From the NCBI GenBank assembly GCA_008632985.1, contig QPGO01000006.1:434001-498000 (forward strand): DNA of 64,000 nucleotides, given 5' to 3'. Shown here in pieces: positions 1 to 13,298 of the stretch. The DNA is from Psammoneis japonica (lineage: Eukaryota). Within the stretch, counting starts at the first letter, position 1; each line of letters begins with the position of its first letter. A model generated the notes under the pieces. The model had not been told where the DNA came from. It was given only the letters and a program-made list of their open reading frames with translations, and did no database searches. The translations under genes and the position numbers were made by a program.

Positions 1-1460
1 TATTGCGTCGGTGTCGATGGAATATTACTTCCTGTTGTCGTTGTTGGAGAGCTCGTACTTCCATCTCCGGGCGATGGTGTCAAATTTGTAGGGCTACCTC
101 CTCCTGGTGTCGTTGTCGGGGATGTGGGTGTGCCGTCTACTGTGGTTGGCGCCGATGTACTCGGGCTTCCTCCTTCATGCATAGTTGGTGAACCTGTCCC
201 GTCACCACCGGGAGAAAAAGTTGAAAGAGTTACAGTAGGGGAAGTTGTGGCATCACCGTCACCAGGTGATAAGGTCGGTGTCGATGGAATACTACTTCCT
301 GTTGTCGTTGTTGGAGAGCTCGTACTTCCATCTCCGGGCGATGGTGTCTGAACTTTGGGGCTATCTCCTCCTGGTGTCATTGTCGGGATGTGGGTGTGCC
401 GTCACTGAGGTTGGCGCCGGTGTATTCGGGCTTCCTTCTTTAATTATAGTTGGCGAACCTGTGCCGTCGCCGCCAGGAGACAAAGTTGAAGGAATCACAG
501 TAGGGAAAGTTGTGGCATCACCGCCACCGGGGGCATGCGTCGGTGTCGATGGAATACTGCTTCCTGTTGTCGTGGTTGGAGAGCTCGTACTTCCATCTCC
601 GGGAGATGGTGTCTGATCTGTGGGGCTATCTCCTCCTGGTGTCATTGTCGGAGAGGAAGGTGCGCTGTCTACTGTGGTCGGCGCCGATGTAGTCGGGCTT
701 CCTCCGTCGTTCATGGTTGGTGAAATTGTGCTGTCGCTACCAGGAGACAGAGTAGAAGGAATCATGGTAGGTGAAGTTGTGGCATCACCGCCACCGGGGG
801 AAGCGTCGGTGTCGATGGAATATTACTTCCTGTTGTCGTGGTTGGAGAGCTCGTACTTCCATCTCCAGGCGTCGTTGTCGGAGAGGAGGGTGCGCTGCCC
901 ACTATGGTTGGCGCCAATGTACTCGGGCTTCCTCCATCGTTCATGGTTGGTGAACCTGTGCCGTCACCACCAGGAGACAAAGTTGAAGGAATCACGGTAG
1001 GGAAAGTTGTGGCATCACCGCCACCAGGGGATAAGGTTGGTGTCGATGGAATATTACTTCCTGTTGTCGTGGTTGGAGAGCTCGTACTTCCATCTCCAGG
1101 CGTCGTTGTCGGAGAGGAGGATGTGCTGGCCACTGTGGTTGGCGCCAATGTACTCGGTCTTCCTCCGTCGTTCATGGTTGGTGAAGCTGTGCTATCGCCA
1201 CCTGGAGACAGAGTTGAAGAATCATGGTAGGTGAAGTTGTGGTATCACCGCCACCAGGTGATAAGGTCGGTGTCGATGGACTATTAGTTCCCGTTGTCAT
1301 GGTTGGAGAGCTCGTACTTCCGTCCTGGTGACGGTGTCTGATCTGTAGGGTCATCTCCGCCTGGTGTCGTTGTCGGAGAGGTGGTGCGTTGTCTACTGTG
1401 GTTGGTGCCAATGTACTTGGGCTTCCTCCTCCATTCATGGTTGGTGAAGCCGTGCCGTCG
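1..1460. repeat. Intragenic tandem repeat A, units of about 230-267 bp (…PGDGSTSSPTTTTGSNIPSTPTLSPGGGDATT…)
   Basis: The motif ggtgtcgatgga recurs near 11, 278, 542, 808, 1039 and 1269. Confidence 0.9.
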
Positions 1461-3411
1461 GCATCATGTGTTCCTCAGCAGTCGGAACCATGGTTGACAC
1501 TTCCACGGTTGGAACGAGCGTTGCGTCCGGTGTCGCTTCCAAGGTTGGCTCTGACGTTGGAGCGACTGTTGTAGCCTCTACCGTCGGACCAAAAGTCGAC
1601 TCTTCTAAACTTGGATTAGTAGTAGGAGCCATGGTTGCCTTGGTAGCATCAATGGTTGGAACGAGAGTTCCGTCCTGTGTCGCTTCCAAGGATGGCTGTA
1701 ACGTTGGAGCGACTGCTGTTGCCTCACAGTAGGAGCAAAAGTTGTTTCTCCCAAACTTACCCGGTAGTAGGAGTCATGGTCGTTGTCTTGGTAGCATCAA
1801 TGGTTGGAACGAGCGTTCCGTCCGGTGTCGCTTCCAAGGATGGCTCTAGCGTTGGAGTGTCCGCTGTAGCCTCTGCAGTAGGCGCGAAAGTTGATTCTTG
1901 TAAACTTGGTTCAGTAGTAGGAGTCAATGTTGTTGTCTTTGTAGCATCGATGGTTGGAACGAGTGTTGTGTCCGGTGTCGCTTCCAAGGATGGCTCGAAG
2001 TTGGAGCGACTGTTGTAGCTCTGCAGTCGGAGTTAAGTTGATTCTTGTAAACTTGGTTCGGCAGTAGGAGGTCTTGGTAGCATCAATGGTTGGAACAACG
2101 TTCCGTCCGGTGTTGCTTCAAGGATGGCTCGGACGTTGGAACAACTGTTGTGGCCTTTGCAGCAGTCGGAGCAAAGGTTGATTCTTCAACACTTGGTTCG
2201 GCAGTGGGATTCATGGTCGTTGTCTTTGTAGCATCAATGGTTGGAACGAGTGTTTCGTCCGGTGTTGCTTCCATGATGGCACTGACGTACTAGAAGACTC
2301 GGTAGTTGCCTCTACTGTTGGAGTAAAGTAGACTCTTCCAACGTTGGTTCCGCAGTAGGATTCATAGTCGTTGTCTTGGTAGCGTCAAAAGTTGGAACAA
2401 GAGTTGCGACCGGCGTGGCTTCCAACGATGGCTCAGAGGTAGGTTCTACATGAGGGGTCACTGTGCTTGGGATGGGTGTCGGAGGTGCTGTATTGCCACC
2501 TCCTAATGTCGCAAACGTTGGCGGCAAACTTGGATCGTTTCCATTCACATGGAACTGGGCTGAGACGTGACGGGCGCAAGGGTCGGTGTATTGGTTGGAT
2601 CCATGGTGGCATCAGGCAAATTTCGAATTTCTTGTCGAATCGCCATGAATACGTCTTGCAATTCGGCATGACCCGTCGCTGTAATGTTGCGAACCAAATT
2701 GGAAAGTCTCGTGTCAGCGTCTCCACGACGACATCACTTGGTTTGCGGCGGTGCCGGGGTCTTGTCAAAGATGATTTTGAGTGAAACCTGAAATTCACTT
2801 CCAGATAATGTACCCAATTGACGATGACTCATGTCATTCAAACCGTTATTTACATCCGCCGACGCTTGTGCCATTTGGTACTGACGCCATTCTTGTTTGG
2901 TAGTACGCATTGCGTTTCCTCTCCCGGTTTCAGCAAGGTTACGTCCAAACGCTTCAATCGTCGTTTGGACATTGGTGGAAAACGTCGTTTGCACTTCCTC
3001 CACCGCATTGCGCCTGCCGTAAACCCTATTGAGTTCGGCCAACAAAAAATCGTCAAAGGCCGTCTCGACCAAATCGGCGGCTTGGGTCGAAATACTTCCG
3101 GATGTTTCAAAAATCAACAACAAAAAGGATGGAAGAACCATGGAGGTGCCGTCGTCGGAAAAGGTAAGATCATTGTGATAGTATTGGTTGTCATTGTCGT
3201 CCCTGCCATCGTTTTGAGAACGGCGGGATGGCGCTCTTGCGGGTGGTGGCGCTACGTCTGGAGCTATTCTAACCTCTGCTGCTGCCTTTTTCTTGGCACC
3301 TTTACCAACTTTACCACCGCCTTTACCAACAGGTTGTGATGAAACGAGCCAACAACAACAACATGCTGTTGCGACAATTATTTTTAGAAAGCGTCCCATT
3401 CTGCTCCTCAT
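1..3411 (-). CDS. Secreted/cell-surface mucin-like Pro/Thr/Ser-rich repeat protein; runs off the window start; frameshifted in this assembly
   Basis: ORF 2734-3411 begins with a signal-peptide-like segment (MGRFLKIIVATACCCCWLVSSQP) followed by a globular region. Downstream minus-strand ORF pieces give P/T/S-rich tandem repeats in shifting frames. Confidence 0.75.
1480..2440. repeat. Intragenic tandem repeat B, units of about 150 bp (EATPDGTLVPTIDATKTTTMTPT…)
   Basis: gcttccaaggatggc-like motifs recur near 1535, 1682, 1830, 1980, 2115, 2267 and 2418. Confidence 0.9.
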
Positions 3412-3937
3412 GGTATGTTGTGTGGTTTTTTATGTGGATCCCGACTCCGACTTTGTGAGCGGCATTCGTGGCAAACGCCTATCAATTTATATATGTATAC
3501 GTGTGTGATAAAATCAGTCGGGAACGTTAATCATGGGGCAATATAAACCGTTTATACTGTACTAATTGGTTATGAAAATCGTTGATCCTTTTCAGCGATC
3601 AATCGTCCGGTGCACGATTTACTTATGGAATCAACGGCTAGTGATTTATGTGAGAATTTTATATTGTATTTATAGTTGAAGAATGTTCATGAAATGTCTA
3701 TCCTCAGTATGTGTCGCGTCCGTCCATCTCCCGGCCGCATGCACGGCCCTAACGCGCACGCGGTATTCCTACATAAAGTACCAAGCAACCAACCCGGAGA
3801 AGAACAACATCTTGCACGCTTCAAGGTGTCAGCTGTTTTGGCTGTAGAATTCTACACGAATTCGGTACTCTGACGCATCATTGGCGGCAGAACAGCGACA
3901 ACACACAACATTCTCACTCTTTCAAAATTCTCTTGGT

Positions 3938-4700
3938 ATGACCATGATGAGAATAACGCTCTTTTTGTGTTCCATCACGCTCTTGACTGTATGCCATGGG
4001 TTTGCACCACCACAAACGTCCTTATCACTGCGTAGTACTGCTGCTTCTGCATTGAGAATGTCCGACTTGCCCGAACCACCCACCACATCATCATGGCCAC
4101 CGAGTCCAGAAGACCAACTCGTCATGACGGGAGACGTGGCGGCTCTCTTTGTGTATTCCTTTTTGGATCATTCCTTGAATGAATTATACATCAATCAAGT
4201 ACAAGCAAGTATGATTCTGGTAAAGCCATTGATCCCGTCTGCTCATGGATAACGGCGGCGTTAGTAGCATGCAGCACATGCCGGTATGGTTTGATGCGGT
4301 GCATTCGATTTACTCTCCCGAACGCCTCGAACTCATGCTTGGATTACAGGATGTGAATTATTCGCCCATTCTATCTGCTGCTGGAATAGCATCGGTTGCC
4401 ATTACATCGTGTTGGTTGTTGAGTGGTTGGATGCAGGGTGCGTTTTCGTTTGAAAACACTGTGGATTGTACACAGAGCCGAGCGTTGTCGGTCACGTTTA
4501 AATCGTGGATGGGTGCCAGTGTCTTGATGGTGTCTGTGCTTGACGAGTGATGTGGCGTGGTCCAGTATCGATTCTCTACACGCACCGAGTTTGGGTGGAA
4601 TCACACGAGCCGATGCGGATTATATCTTTGATTCTTGTCCGTGTTGATTACGTGGAGATTTGTGGTGAGCTGGTTGTTGGGGTCTGGAAAGAAGAGGTAG
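3938..4700 (+). CDS. Probable plastid-targeted membrane protein (DUF3054-like); frameshifted in this assembly
   Basis: A signal peptide ends …TVCHG/FAPP (ASAFAP-like) and is followed by a Ser-rich transit peptide, GDVAALFVYSFLDH and hydrophobic segments. The product is pieced from ORFs 3881-4252, 4245-4550 and a final piece ending TAG at 4700. Confidence 0.6.
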
Positions 4701-4902
4701 AAACAAAGAGAGAAACTGTACAGAAAGAAAAGAAAAACGACATCTTCCTGAAGCTACCGGTTGCGCCAAGAAAAAGAAAAACAGGGGATATTACTAGAGA
4801 GAAAATCACACTACCCACCCTAATAGACACACACTCAAAAATCACCAGCGTTGTTCTCTCCCACGAACAAATCGCGGTTTCATTCTCTCTATTATATTTT
4901 TT

Positions 4903-7900
4903 TCATTTTCGACTCCCATTCATTAGTTTGGTACAATGCTCTTGATCCGCCGGGTGTCCCCATCCACCATAGCCAGAGTCGTGCGTGTTGGGGGCATACA
5001 AGAAGGATGGCGAATGAATCAGCTTGGTGCCGTAAAAGGGTCGTGTAGTGGAATGAAAAGATTGTCCTCGAGACGCTCTGTCGCCACGCCGTTTACCACC
5101 GTGCATGCCGTCCTTGGTGCCAATGTGAATGGTTTGTGGAATGGACGGTTGCAACACACGAGCCGGAAGCAACTTGCGGCCCTGCAAATGAACCATGGTC
5201 CAGTCCCTGAAAACGATCAAGAGTGATGTAGATTAGTGAGAAGATTCAACGCAACGCGACAACAACAACCACAATACACATTATTGACGCACCAATTGTA
5301 GTCATCAAACGTGCAATACTCGTTTGCCTGTTGCTGGATTCTCTTGTAAATGTCTCGCGACATGGTCATGGGACCCGTTCGAAACATTTCGCTCGTCCAT
5401 CCCTCACGAGGATAAAACCTAGGCCGTTTAATGAAACCATCGGTTGGGTCCAAACAAACACCAAAGTAATCGTGATGGTGTTCCGACAATTCCTCCAATA
5501 ATCGTAATCCATTCTGTACAGCACTGTAAATGGTGGGAGCGACAATGTAATCTTCCTCCAAAAACAAAAAATGATCATGATTGGCAAATTGATCAAACAC
5601 GGTGCGAAGCATCCAGGTAAAGTGGTGTTTGGCACACGTGATCCACGCGGTGCGCTGGTTGCCGTACGCGTCTCCCTCGTAGTTTTCATTGAGAGATTCG
5701 TCATTGCCGGGAAAAGAATCGGGATGGTCGTGACACGAATACGGATGAATCAGCGTCGTCAACTGGAATTCCGAACGGAGGCTTTCGACGTAGTCGGCCA
5801 TTTCCGGTACGTGGCCGTCCATGGAAATAATCAATGGAATCTGGTCTTGTCAAAGTCGGAATTGCGAAGCGAATCAATGACTTGTTCGAGATAATCAACT
5901 CGTTGGTACACCATAATGACAAAGGGACAATCATTTCGTGGTCATTGACGGGTTCCACGTCCTTTTCGAAATCTGGCTTTTCGCCCAAAACGAGTCCATC
6001 CAGCTCATCAAAGAGCGATTCACCGGGAAGTAAATCGAATTGTCCAACGGGACCGCCATATTCACCAATACTAATATCGACTTGCTCGTCTTCTTCCTCC
6101 AATAAATCTGCTGCATCCTTTCGGCATTGCTCGCCGTATCATACACGTGCTGACCAAACATTTCCAGAGGATGGTTCAATTCATCCCACATTCGACGCAT
6201 ACGGGTGTTGGTTGGAATTCTGTACACCATTGAAATTGTCATAGCCGTCGTTTTCCAGCACAACACGAAGTCGTGTCCGAGTCGGGACATTATCCAACAC
6301 GCCTTGACCCAAACCCCGCGCATCGTCTTGATTCAACCGTCGATCCAACCAAACATCAATCGTCCCATCCAACAGTGATGCTGTACCCTGGCGTGTTCAC
6401 TCAACACTGTCATGCGAAAGGAATCGTCCTGAATCGATGCCAACGTTGGCATGGGAAAGACTTGGCTTTGGATTGGCATGTCGTCACGGAAGCGATGCGT
6501 GTCAAAATTAAACCCATTCAAGTCGGTGTGAAAGACGCCATCGTTTTCAATGTCTCCCTCGAACCGTACCACCCACTCTTCATTGGATGTTTGGAGATTG
6601 GTTTCAAAGACAAAGTCCAGGACCGTGACTGTCGTCTTGTCGTCATTGTTGCCAACGAGATCCAGTGGGACTTGTCGTTCAATGACTCGTCTCTTCCAGT
6701 TTGGGGTAGAAACGACATAGCCTCCACTCGAGACAACAAGATCTTCCGAATAAAACGACGACAACGTACCAGGATGAACAAGTAGGCACCACCCTGATCG
6801 ACATTCCACACCATCCAATGTTCTGCAATGGGATGTGTCATGAGACCCGTTCGTGCATCAAATTGAATACCCGACTTGGATCGGGGCAAGGGTCCCGGCT
6901 TTTCGCACGGCAAGGTTGCCATGGCAGTCTGGTGTCCCTCCACAAGCACACTTCCACACGATTGTGACGTGTTGAACGGATTAAACAAATAAACCTTCTT
7001 GTTCTTGTCATCACGCTTGGACGACGCACACAGGTTTTGACTGAGACCACGAGGAGCATCCGATTTCCAACAAGCTTGAATCGTTGAAACGTCCGTCTCG
7101 CGGCTGCACTTCTGAATGTACTGAATCATGTATTCCTGTACGCTATTGATGGATTTGTGAATCCGTCCCGCATAATCCTCCACCACATGGTTCTTGGCGG
7201 TTCCCGTGACACCATCGTGATGTTGAAAGAGAGACAAGGCACGTCGTGGCTCTTGCATTTCCTCCTTGGTGGCACCCATGGTGGAGGCTGCGTACAAGAC
7301 CCGTTCCAACTTTCGATCGAGCGCCTTGTCAAAGATGCGACTCGTAAAGTATCCACTCCAGTAATCCTCATTGACATCGGCGTAGGTGAAAAAGGATCCC
7401 TTGAGTGTCGGAACGTCGCCGTGAAAGGTTTCCTTGGCCTTTTGAAAGTACTCGGAGAGTGTTCCAAATTGAATAGTGACATCCTCGACATTGGCATTGA
7501 TGTAATCAAACATTTTTTGATAATTCCTGTATTGATTCTCGGCTTCCGCACTGGTTTGGTATCGAAAGTCATCGCCCAAGGGAATCAAGACGACATTGGA
7601 ACGATAGAGTGCCGCTTTCTTTTCGTATTGGTCCAAGAGCAGCATGGCACGTTCCTTGACATTATGGTCTGTCACTTGTTGTGGAGGCTTACCCCACGGA
7701 CACGATGCGGCACGAGCACCGGGCATGGGAGACCGAGCAAAATCAAATTGACAACAAACGGATGGATCTGGACCACACGTATGCGGAACATCATAGGAAA
7801 AGAACGGCATGACGTGTGTAAAGACATCATGTGTACTGTCTTTATCCCACGTTTGTCTCCAATAAAATTCCAAATGCTGTCTAGACGCCAATTCCTTCTT

Positions 7901-9187
7901 GATGGCATAATGTACACGCTGAATCAACATGGCCTTGAATTTGTACTTGTTGAGTAGATAGGCCATGGTTGGTGAGTAACCAAAGGGATCAATGCTCCAA
8001 CCATACTTTGGAATGTACTCGCTCCCAAACGTTGCATTGATCCAATCGTGTCCTTCTTGTAGTTGAATCTCCATGGCGTACAGCTGCGTATTGGCTTCAT
8101 CCGGTTGGACCCATCCGCCCGTGACAAATTCCAATTGACCGCTCTTGAGGAGATTGCGTGTGACTTGCTGAATTTCGGCAGTCTGTTCTCTCCACCACCA
8201 TTCAAAGTAGGAAATTTCCGCCCACACAAACTTGCGTTTTGGATCTTTCTGCAACGCCTGTATCACGGAACTAATAATTTGTTTGGTTTGTTCTTGAAAA
8301 TACGCATCAAACGTTTTGATCCATCCCGGATCGCAATGACTGTGTGGTAGGACAAAGATGTGTAGGGGCCGCTTGTGTGTATTGAAATGTCCCAACCTGT
8401 TTCCACGCCCCGCCATCGGGATTGGTAAAGGGCAAATCGTAATTCAATTGACGCATATCCAATTCTTTGCCGACGTGTTGTATCCCTTGAATAATTCGTT
8501 TTTGGATGACTTGACAGAGTGCTGAAGGTTGGACGGAACACGAATCTTGGGTACATAGTATCCACCCGGACGTTCTTGAAAGAAACGTTGTCGACTCCAA
8601 TCGATATTATTTTTTGAAGCAGTTTCGTCGTCTTGTTGTTGTTGTTGCTCGTGCTTTTTCAGGGCAAGATTGTTACGAAAATCACCACCCCGATCGCCAC
8701 GATGACGAATTTGATGTGGCAATTTTGGTTTTTGAGCATGTTGTTGTTGTTCTCTTACTCCATGTTCCTCCTCGTCGTCTTTTTGATGAGGATGACGTAA
8801 CCGTTCTTGCTTTTGCTTTGCCCACTTGGCCAACAACCCGCCTTTATCGTTGTTTTCTGGAACAAAATGCTGTTTGTGCTTTATAATGTTTTGCTCGGAA
8901 GCTCCGTCACCGTGATGGTTTTGTTTTTCTTTTCGACGAAGCACGGGATGCAACACTTTGGAAAGCACATCTTGATGAGCCTTGCCATTATTGGCGGGTG
9001 TTGACGATTGAAATACATATAACGAGATGGATAACCAAGAGATGAGAAACAAGACAAGCGCAATCAAGAGTGTCTTGTTGTTCTGTTTGCTGCTGGATGA
9101 TCTCTTTTTGCTTTTTCTAGCTGGCCTGCCGTTTGGATGATTTAAAACTGGCTTGGGCGGTGAAGCTGGTGCTGATGCACGACGCAT
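4903..9187 (-). CDS. Golgi alpha-mannosidase II (GH38) with a C-terminal GnT-II/MGAT2 (GT16)-like domain; intron 5207-5292; several frameshifts
   Basis: Type II TM anchor ([20 protein letters not shown]). GH38 motifs: [62 protein letters not shown]2 motifs: FPGND, KHHFTW, FLEEDY, and FDDYNW/DWT joined across a GT-AG intron. Confidence 0.85.
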
Positions 9188-9624
9188 AGTATTAAAACTT
9201 ATATATTCAACAGCAGCAAAACAACAACGGGAGGACAGAGTCACACAAAGGCAGCAGCAGCAACAACAGCAACAATAGGACAGCAAAAGCCAAAAGCACA
9301 CACAATGCTCGATCTTTTTTCGGCGAAAATGCCTCCACTATTTCAATATATCCTCCAGTACGAATAAAACGGCAATATTGGAATTTATTTAGTCTTTAAT
9401 ACTATATAAAATTTCTCGATACAGCATTGTGACGTTGATTTGTCATGAGGGACAAAACGGCAAACTCATCATTGCATTTTATAAGTGTTTGATAAATATC
9501 ATAAAATGCCCCAACGATGTCAAACTGCCATCACATTTTCAGTTTTTGCCGACACAAAAAACAAAAACAACCACAACATACCGCTCTCTCCATTGCTCTT
9601 GGGTATTTTCACTCTCTATTGACG

Positions 9625-11088
9625 ATGAAACTATCCCGCACGCTCCTTACACTTGCTACGTTCGTTTCGAGCATGCGGTTGTTGCAAACAATGTTTTGCT
9701 CGCGCCCATGGAATTGCAAATGGGTTCCATTGGCATCCACGAAAACGAGACTCCGCAAGGTTGCAAGACTTTCTTCAAGACCTCCAAGACCGCACCACGC
9801 ATCACTTGAATAACTTTTTCAAGATCTTTACCATGATTTTGGACAAGGATTACTTTGATCACGTCGAATTGGCATTGGACACGCACGACACGACGACCCA
9901 AGATGTAGTGTCAAGCATTGGAGTTTGGCTACGGTCTATTTTCTGGAGTGGCATTGTTTCACGACTTTCCCTTGCCGCAATACGACTTTTTGGTACAAAT
10001 CTTGACCAATGCCTTTTTGGGCAATGCCTTTGAGGATTACCTTGCCATTCTTCAGCAAACGAATAGTTCCGAATTTCTTCAAGAAATAAACTACATCGAA
10101 ATCAATGTTGAGGACGAGACGGTCGCTGCGGCGCAAGTCACGCCGCTTTCCAAACAACAAGGAGATACAACAACAAATCATGACAGTGGTGATATCGAGG
10201 TATTTGGTGTCAGCATTCCGCTTTTATACATTGTCATTGGTTCGGCGGGTGCTGCGGCATTGTTGGCCATGTTTGTCTTTTGCGTCTGTTATTGTTGCGT
10301 GCGTCGTCGCGCCGAAACACGCAAAACAATAACATTACGTCACTGTCCAACCAAAGCACTACCGATAAGGAAAGTATGAGGGTTCATGCCGATTTGGAAT
10401 TGGCTTCCACCCGTTCACCCTCACCGGAACGGTCCTTGGCGTCCCAAGCATCAAGCAAATTCACGTACAATCCAAAATCCCATGTAGTAATGGAGGGGGG
10501 CGACGACGATATGGACAGCGCCTCCTCCACGTCCTTTTCCAATCTCAATGTCAATACAGTCCATGTAGATTCCTGGAGAAAAAGTAAAAGCATGATGAGT
10601 CCAATCACACCCGCCTTTGATCACGACATTTCTTCGGTGGAAGACAATGACGACGATGGGGTTCTTGATAAGTACACCAACGATTTGAGTTTTATTGATG
10701 AAGAAGGAGAGAGTGAAATGGTAAGAGCTGTACTTGTTATTCTTGTACAGTAATCGCAATGTCGCTTCGCAATACTAACATGGTGTCCCTCGTTTCCTCA
10801 ACTCTCTAGCCTACAAAACAGAGAGCTCGTGCACCACCACCGCCGCGCAACATGTCCAACAAGAAGAAATCATCGAATAAGAAGCAGCGTCGATCTCCAA
10901 AGTCAAGCAAGAAATACAAAAAGGCTGCTGCTCCACCTTCTTCTCCAAACACGTCGTATCTGTCTGAAACGGGTTGGTCGGATTCGGCTGGAAACAGCTT
11001 TATGAGTGATGGAAGTGACGTAATTTCAGATTTGAAAAAGTTGTCGGTCCAAATTAACAAGCACCGGTCAAACCCTCACTCTGGTTAG
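9625..11088 (+). CDS. Single-pass membrane protein of unknown function; probable intron 10721-10809; frameshifted
   Basis: Signal-like start MKLSRTLLTLATFV, a TM helix (YIVIGSAGAAALLAMFVFCVCYCC) and a Ser-rich tail. A gtaaga…ctag intron is present. Confidence 0.6.
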
Positions 11089-11261
11089 AATAATAGTATC
11101 ATACAGGTACATGAGCAATTAGCATGCTAAAAATATGTTACTGTGTAGCTAAAAATGTTAGTTCAAAAAATAGATTCTCTACTTGTAAGAGAGGTGGTGA
11201 GCAAGAACGAGCAGCTGCCTTTTGAATGGACCAATTCTCCCGCGCCCATTGATTCTCCGCC

Positions 11262-12985
11262 GTCGGATTTTCAATCGGGCCGTCGCAGCCAATTTCGGAT
11301 CTTCGACGTAGCCCAATTTCCTCCACCGACACACGCACAATGATGACAGGGTAACTACGAGCATGAAAGAGGGACTCACTGTTGCCTTCCACAGATAAAC
11401 CTCTTTCTCAAGATGACGACATCTGCCAACACCAAATGTCACGATGCTCCCTGACGATGATCCAATGGCATCTGTCATTAATCAGGGGAGGGATCAAGAT
11501 CAAGGGAAGGTTGAGGAAATGGTTGAGCCACAATTGGAACCATTTGAATTGGATCACACCAGGCAAGAAGCAAGCAGCACCATGGAGATGATGGGTGCAA
11601 TGACTGCAGATGGTGATCCAACATGTCTCTCACATTGAGACCCACACAGTCAACAGCACAGTCTTCATTCTTGAGCTGAAGTCCAGAAAAGGCAAACTCC
11701 ACCATCAAACCTTGGTGTGATTGAGCTGCAGTGTGGGTGGAGTCAGGGCAGCCAGGATCTTTGTTTGTTTTCCATGAATGCATGTGGGACAAGCATCCAA
11801 GGGAGAGGTGCCATGAGTGAACATTGGTGCACCATCAACACGTTTGTGATGCAAGTGATGATCACTTGGATGTCCAAGCCATTGGCACCACAGCAGTCAC
11901 TCAGTGTCTGCCTTGAGTGTCTGGACAGGCACCCATTTCTCAATGTCATGAGATTCAAAGGGAACATCATGGTGAACATGAGGAATCAATTTGGGTGCTT
12001 CTTTGAGAACACTTTTGTGGTTTTCCTTGCAAGCATCAATCATGCATGCAATGACAGCATCATGTTCCTTGACAAAAGTTGTGTCATTCACCTTGAGCTC
12101 CAAAATCAATTCATTCAGTGCACACCCAATTCTGGCAGTGTCGGCAGAGGATGGGCAGAGCATTGTCCATTGACCAACTGGCCGTTGACTCAACCACATC
12201 TTTGCTGGGTCCAAAAGGGTGTTTGGCAGTGCCCTTGCAAGTCCTGTTGCTGTGAAATGTCAAAAAACAATCAACTGGTGAGAAGGCACAGAAAATGCAC
12301 TTGTCAACCAAGAAGGCAGGCTGGAGCTGAGGAGGATGACAGTGCGCACAGGTGTGTGGTGACAAGGAGTGCACAAACAACTAAACCCATGGGGAGTGGC
12401 ACCTTCTGCAAGAGCCAGATTGACCTTGAGGGGATGTGGGTTGTTTGGTGCAAATGACTTTGTTGCTGGCATGTGACTCACAGGCACCTGCACCAAGCAG
12501 TGCACAATGTTCATTGGTGCCACACTGTGCAATCGTGCTGATTTTGAAAGCTTTGCATTGAAAGCTTTGCACTGAGCATCAAAGGCAACAGACAGAGAGA
12601 TCCAGGGTGGTGGCACAATGTTTGTTGACATTCAAATGAGTTGAGAGAGTGGCAGCACCAAAGTCATCATGATGATCAGTGCAGTCCAGCTCAAATGGGT
12701 CAAATGGCAGCTCAGCCATTTCCTCAACCCCCCCTGGTCATCAATGGGTGCCATTGGATCATTGTCAGGGAGTGTTGTCATGACAGCAGAGCTCATGTCA
12801 TCTTTTCAAAAAAGTGGTTTGCACTGTGGAAGAAGCCAACAGAGTGGTTCTTGGCCCCCTCTTTCACAGCAGAAGCTGACCCACCACAGTTGCCAGCATG
12901 TGTGTCTCAGCTCAGTGGGGAGAAAATGGGGTGTGCACCAAAGATCATCTGAAGCCAGTTGTGATGGCCCGGTTGAAAAACTGAC
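11262..12985. repeat. Degenerate inverted repeat; arms at about 11262-11560 and 12675-12985 (relic element termini)
   Basis: ctccctgacgatgatccaatggc (11447) matches gccattggatcattgtcagggag (12750) in reverse complement. gtcggattttcaatcgggccgtc (11262) matches gatggcccggttgaaaaactgac (12963). Confidence 0.7.
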
Positions 12986-13298
12986 TGTGAAAAATCTGAT
13001 GCATGCTGTGGTGCAGCCTCTTGCTTCAAGAGCTGGCAGAAATGAGTGTGAAAACCCTTGACACAAGGGCCACTCTTCAGGACAATGGGTCAATCTGCAA
13101 AAAGATGATCACCTGTGCAGACTTAACACAGATGCTTGGTTGCCTCATTTGGCAAACCTTGAGCTCCAAAATGGACACCCCAAGCAAGTTCAGTGCAGGA
13201 AATGGCTGTCATCTTTTGCAGGCATGTCAAGAGCATCAACTTCTTCCTCATGTGGGCTGTCAAAGTGTTGTCTCATGGGGCCAAAGCATTGTCAGAGC

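Noticed and set aside
1..2440. CRISPR-like array
   Set aside because: Whole units are repeated with no unique spacers, they encode P/T/S-rich peptide, and the context is eukaryotic.
2700..11088. Multiple frameshifts in otherwise well-conserved genes (mucin-like, plastid protein, mannosidase, membrane protein; also the EEP gene) as programmed frameshifting or pseudogenes
   Set aside because: Motifs are intact on both sides and no slippery-site or pseudoknot pattern was seen. Isolated indels are better explained by long-read consensus errors.
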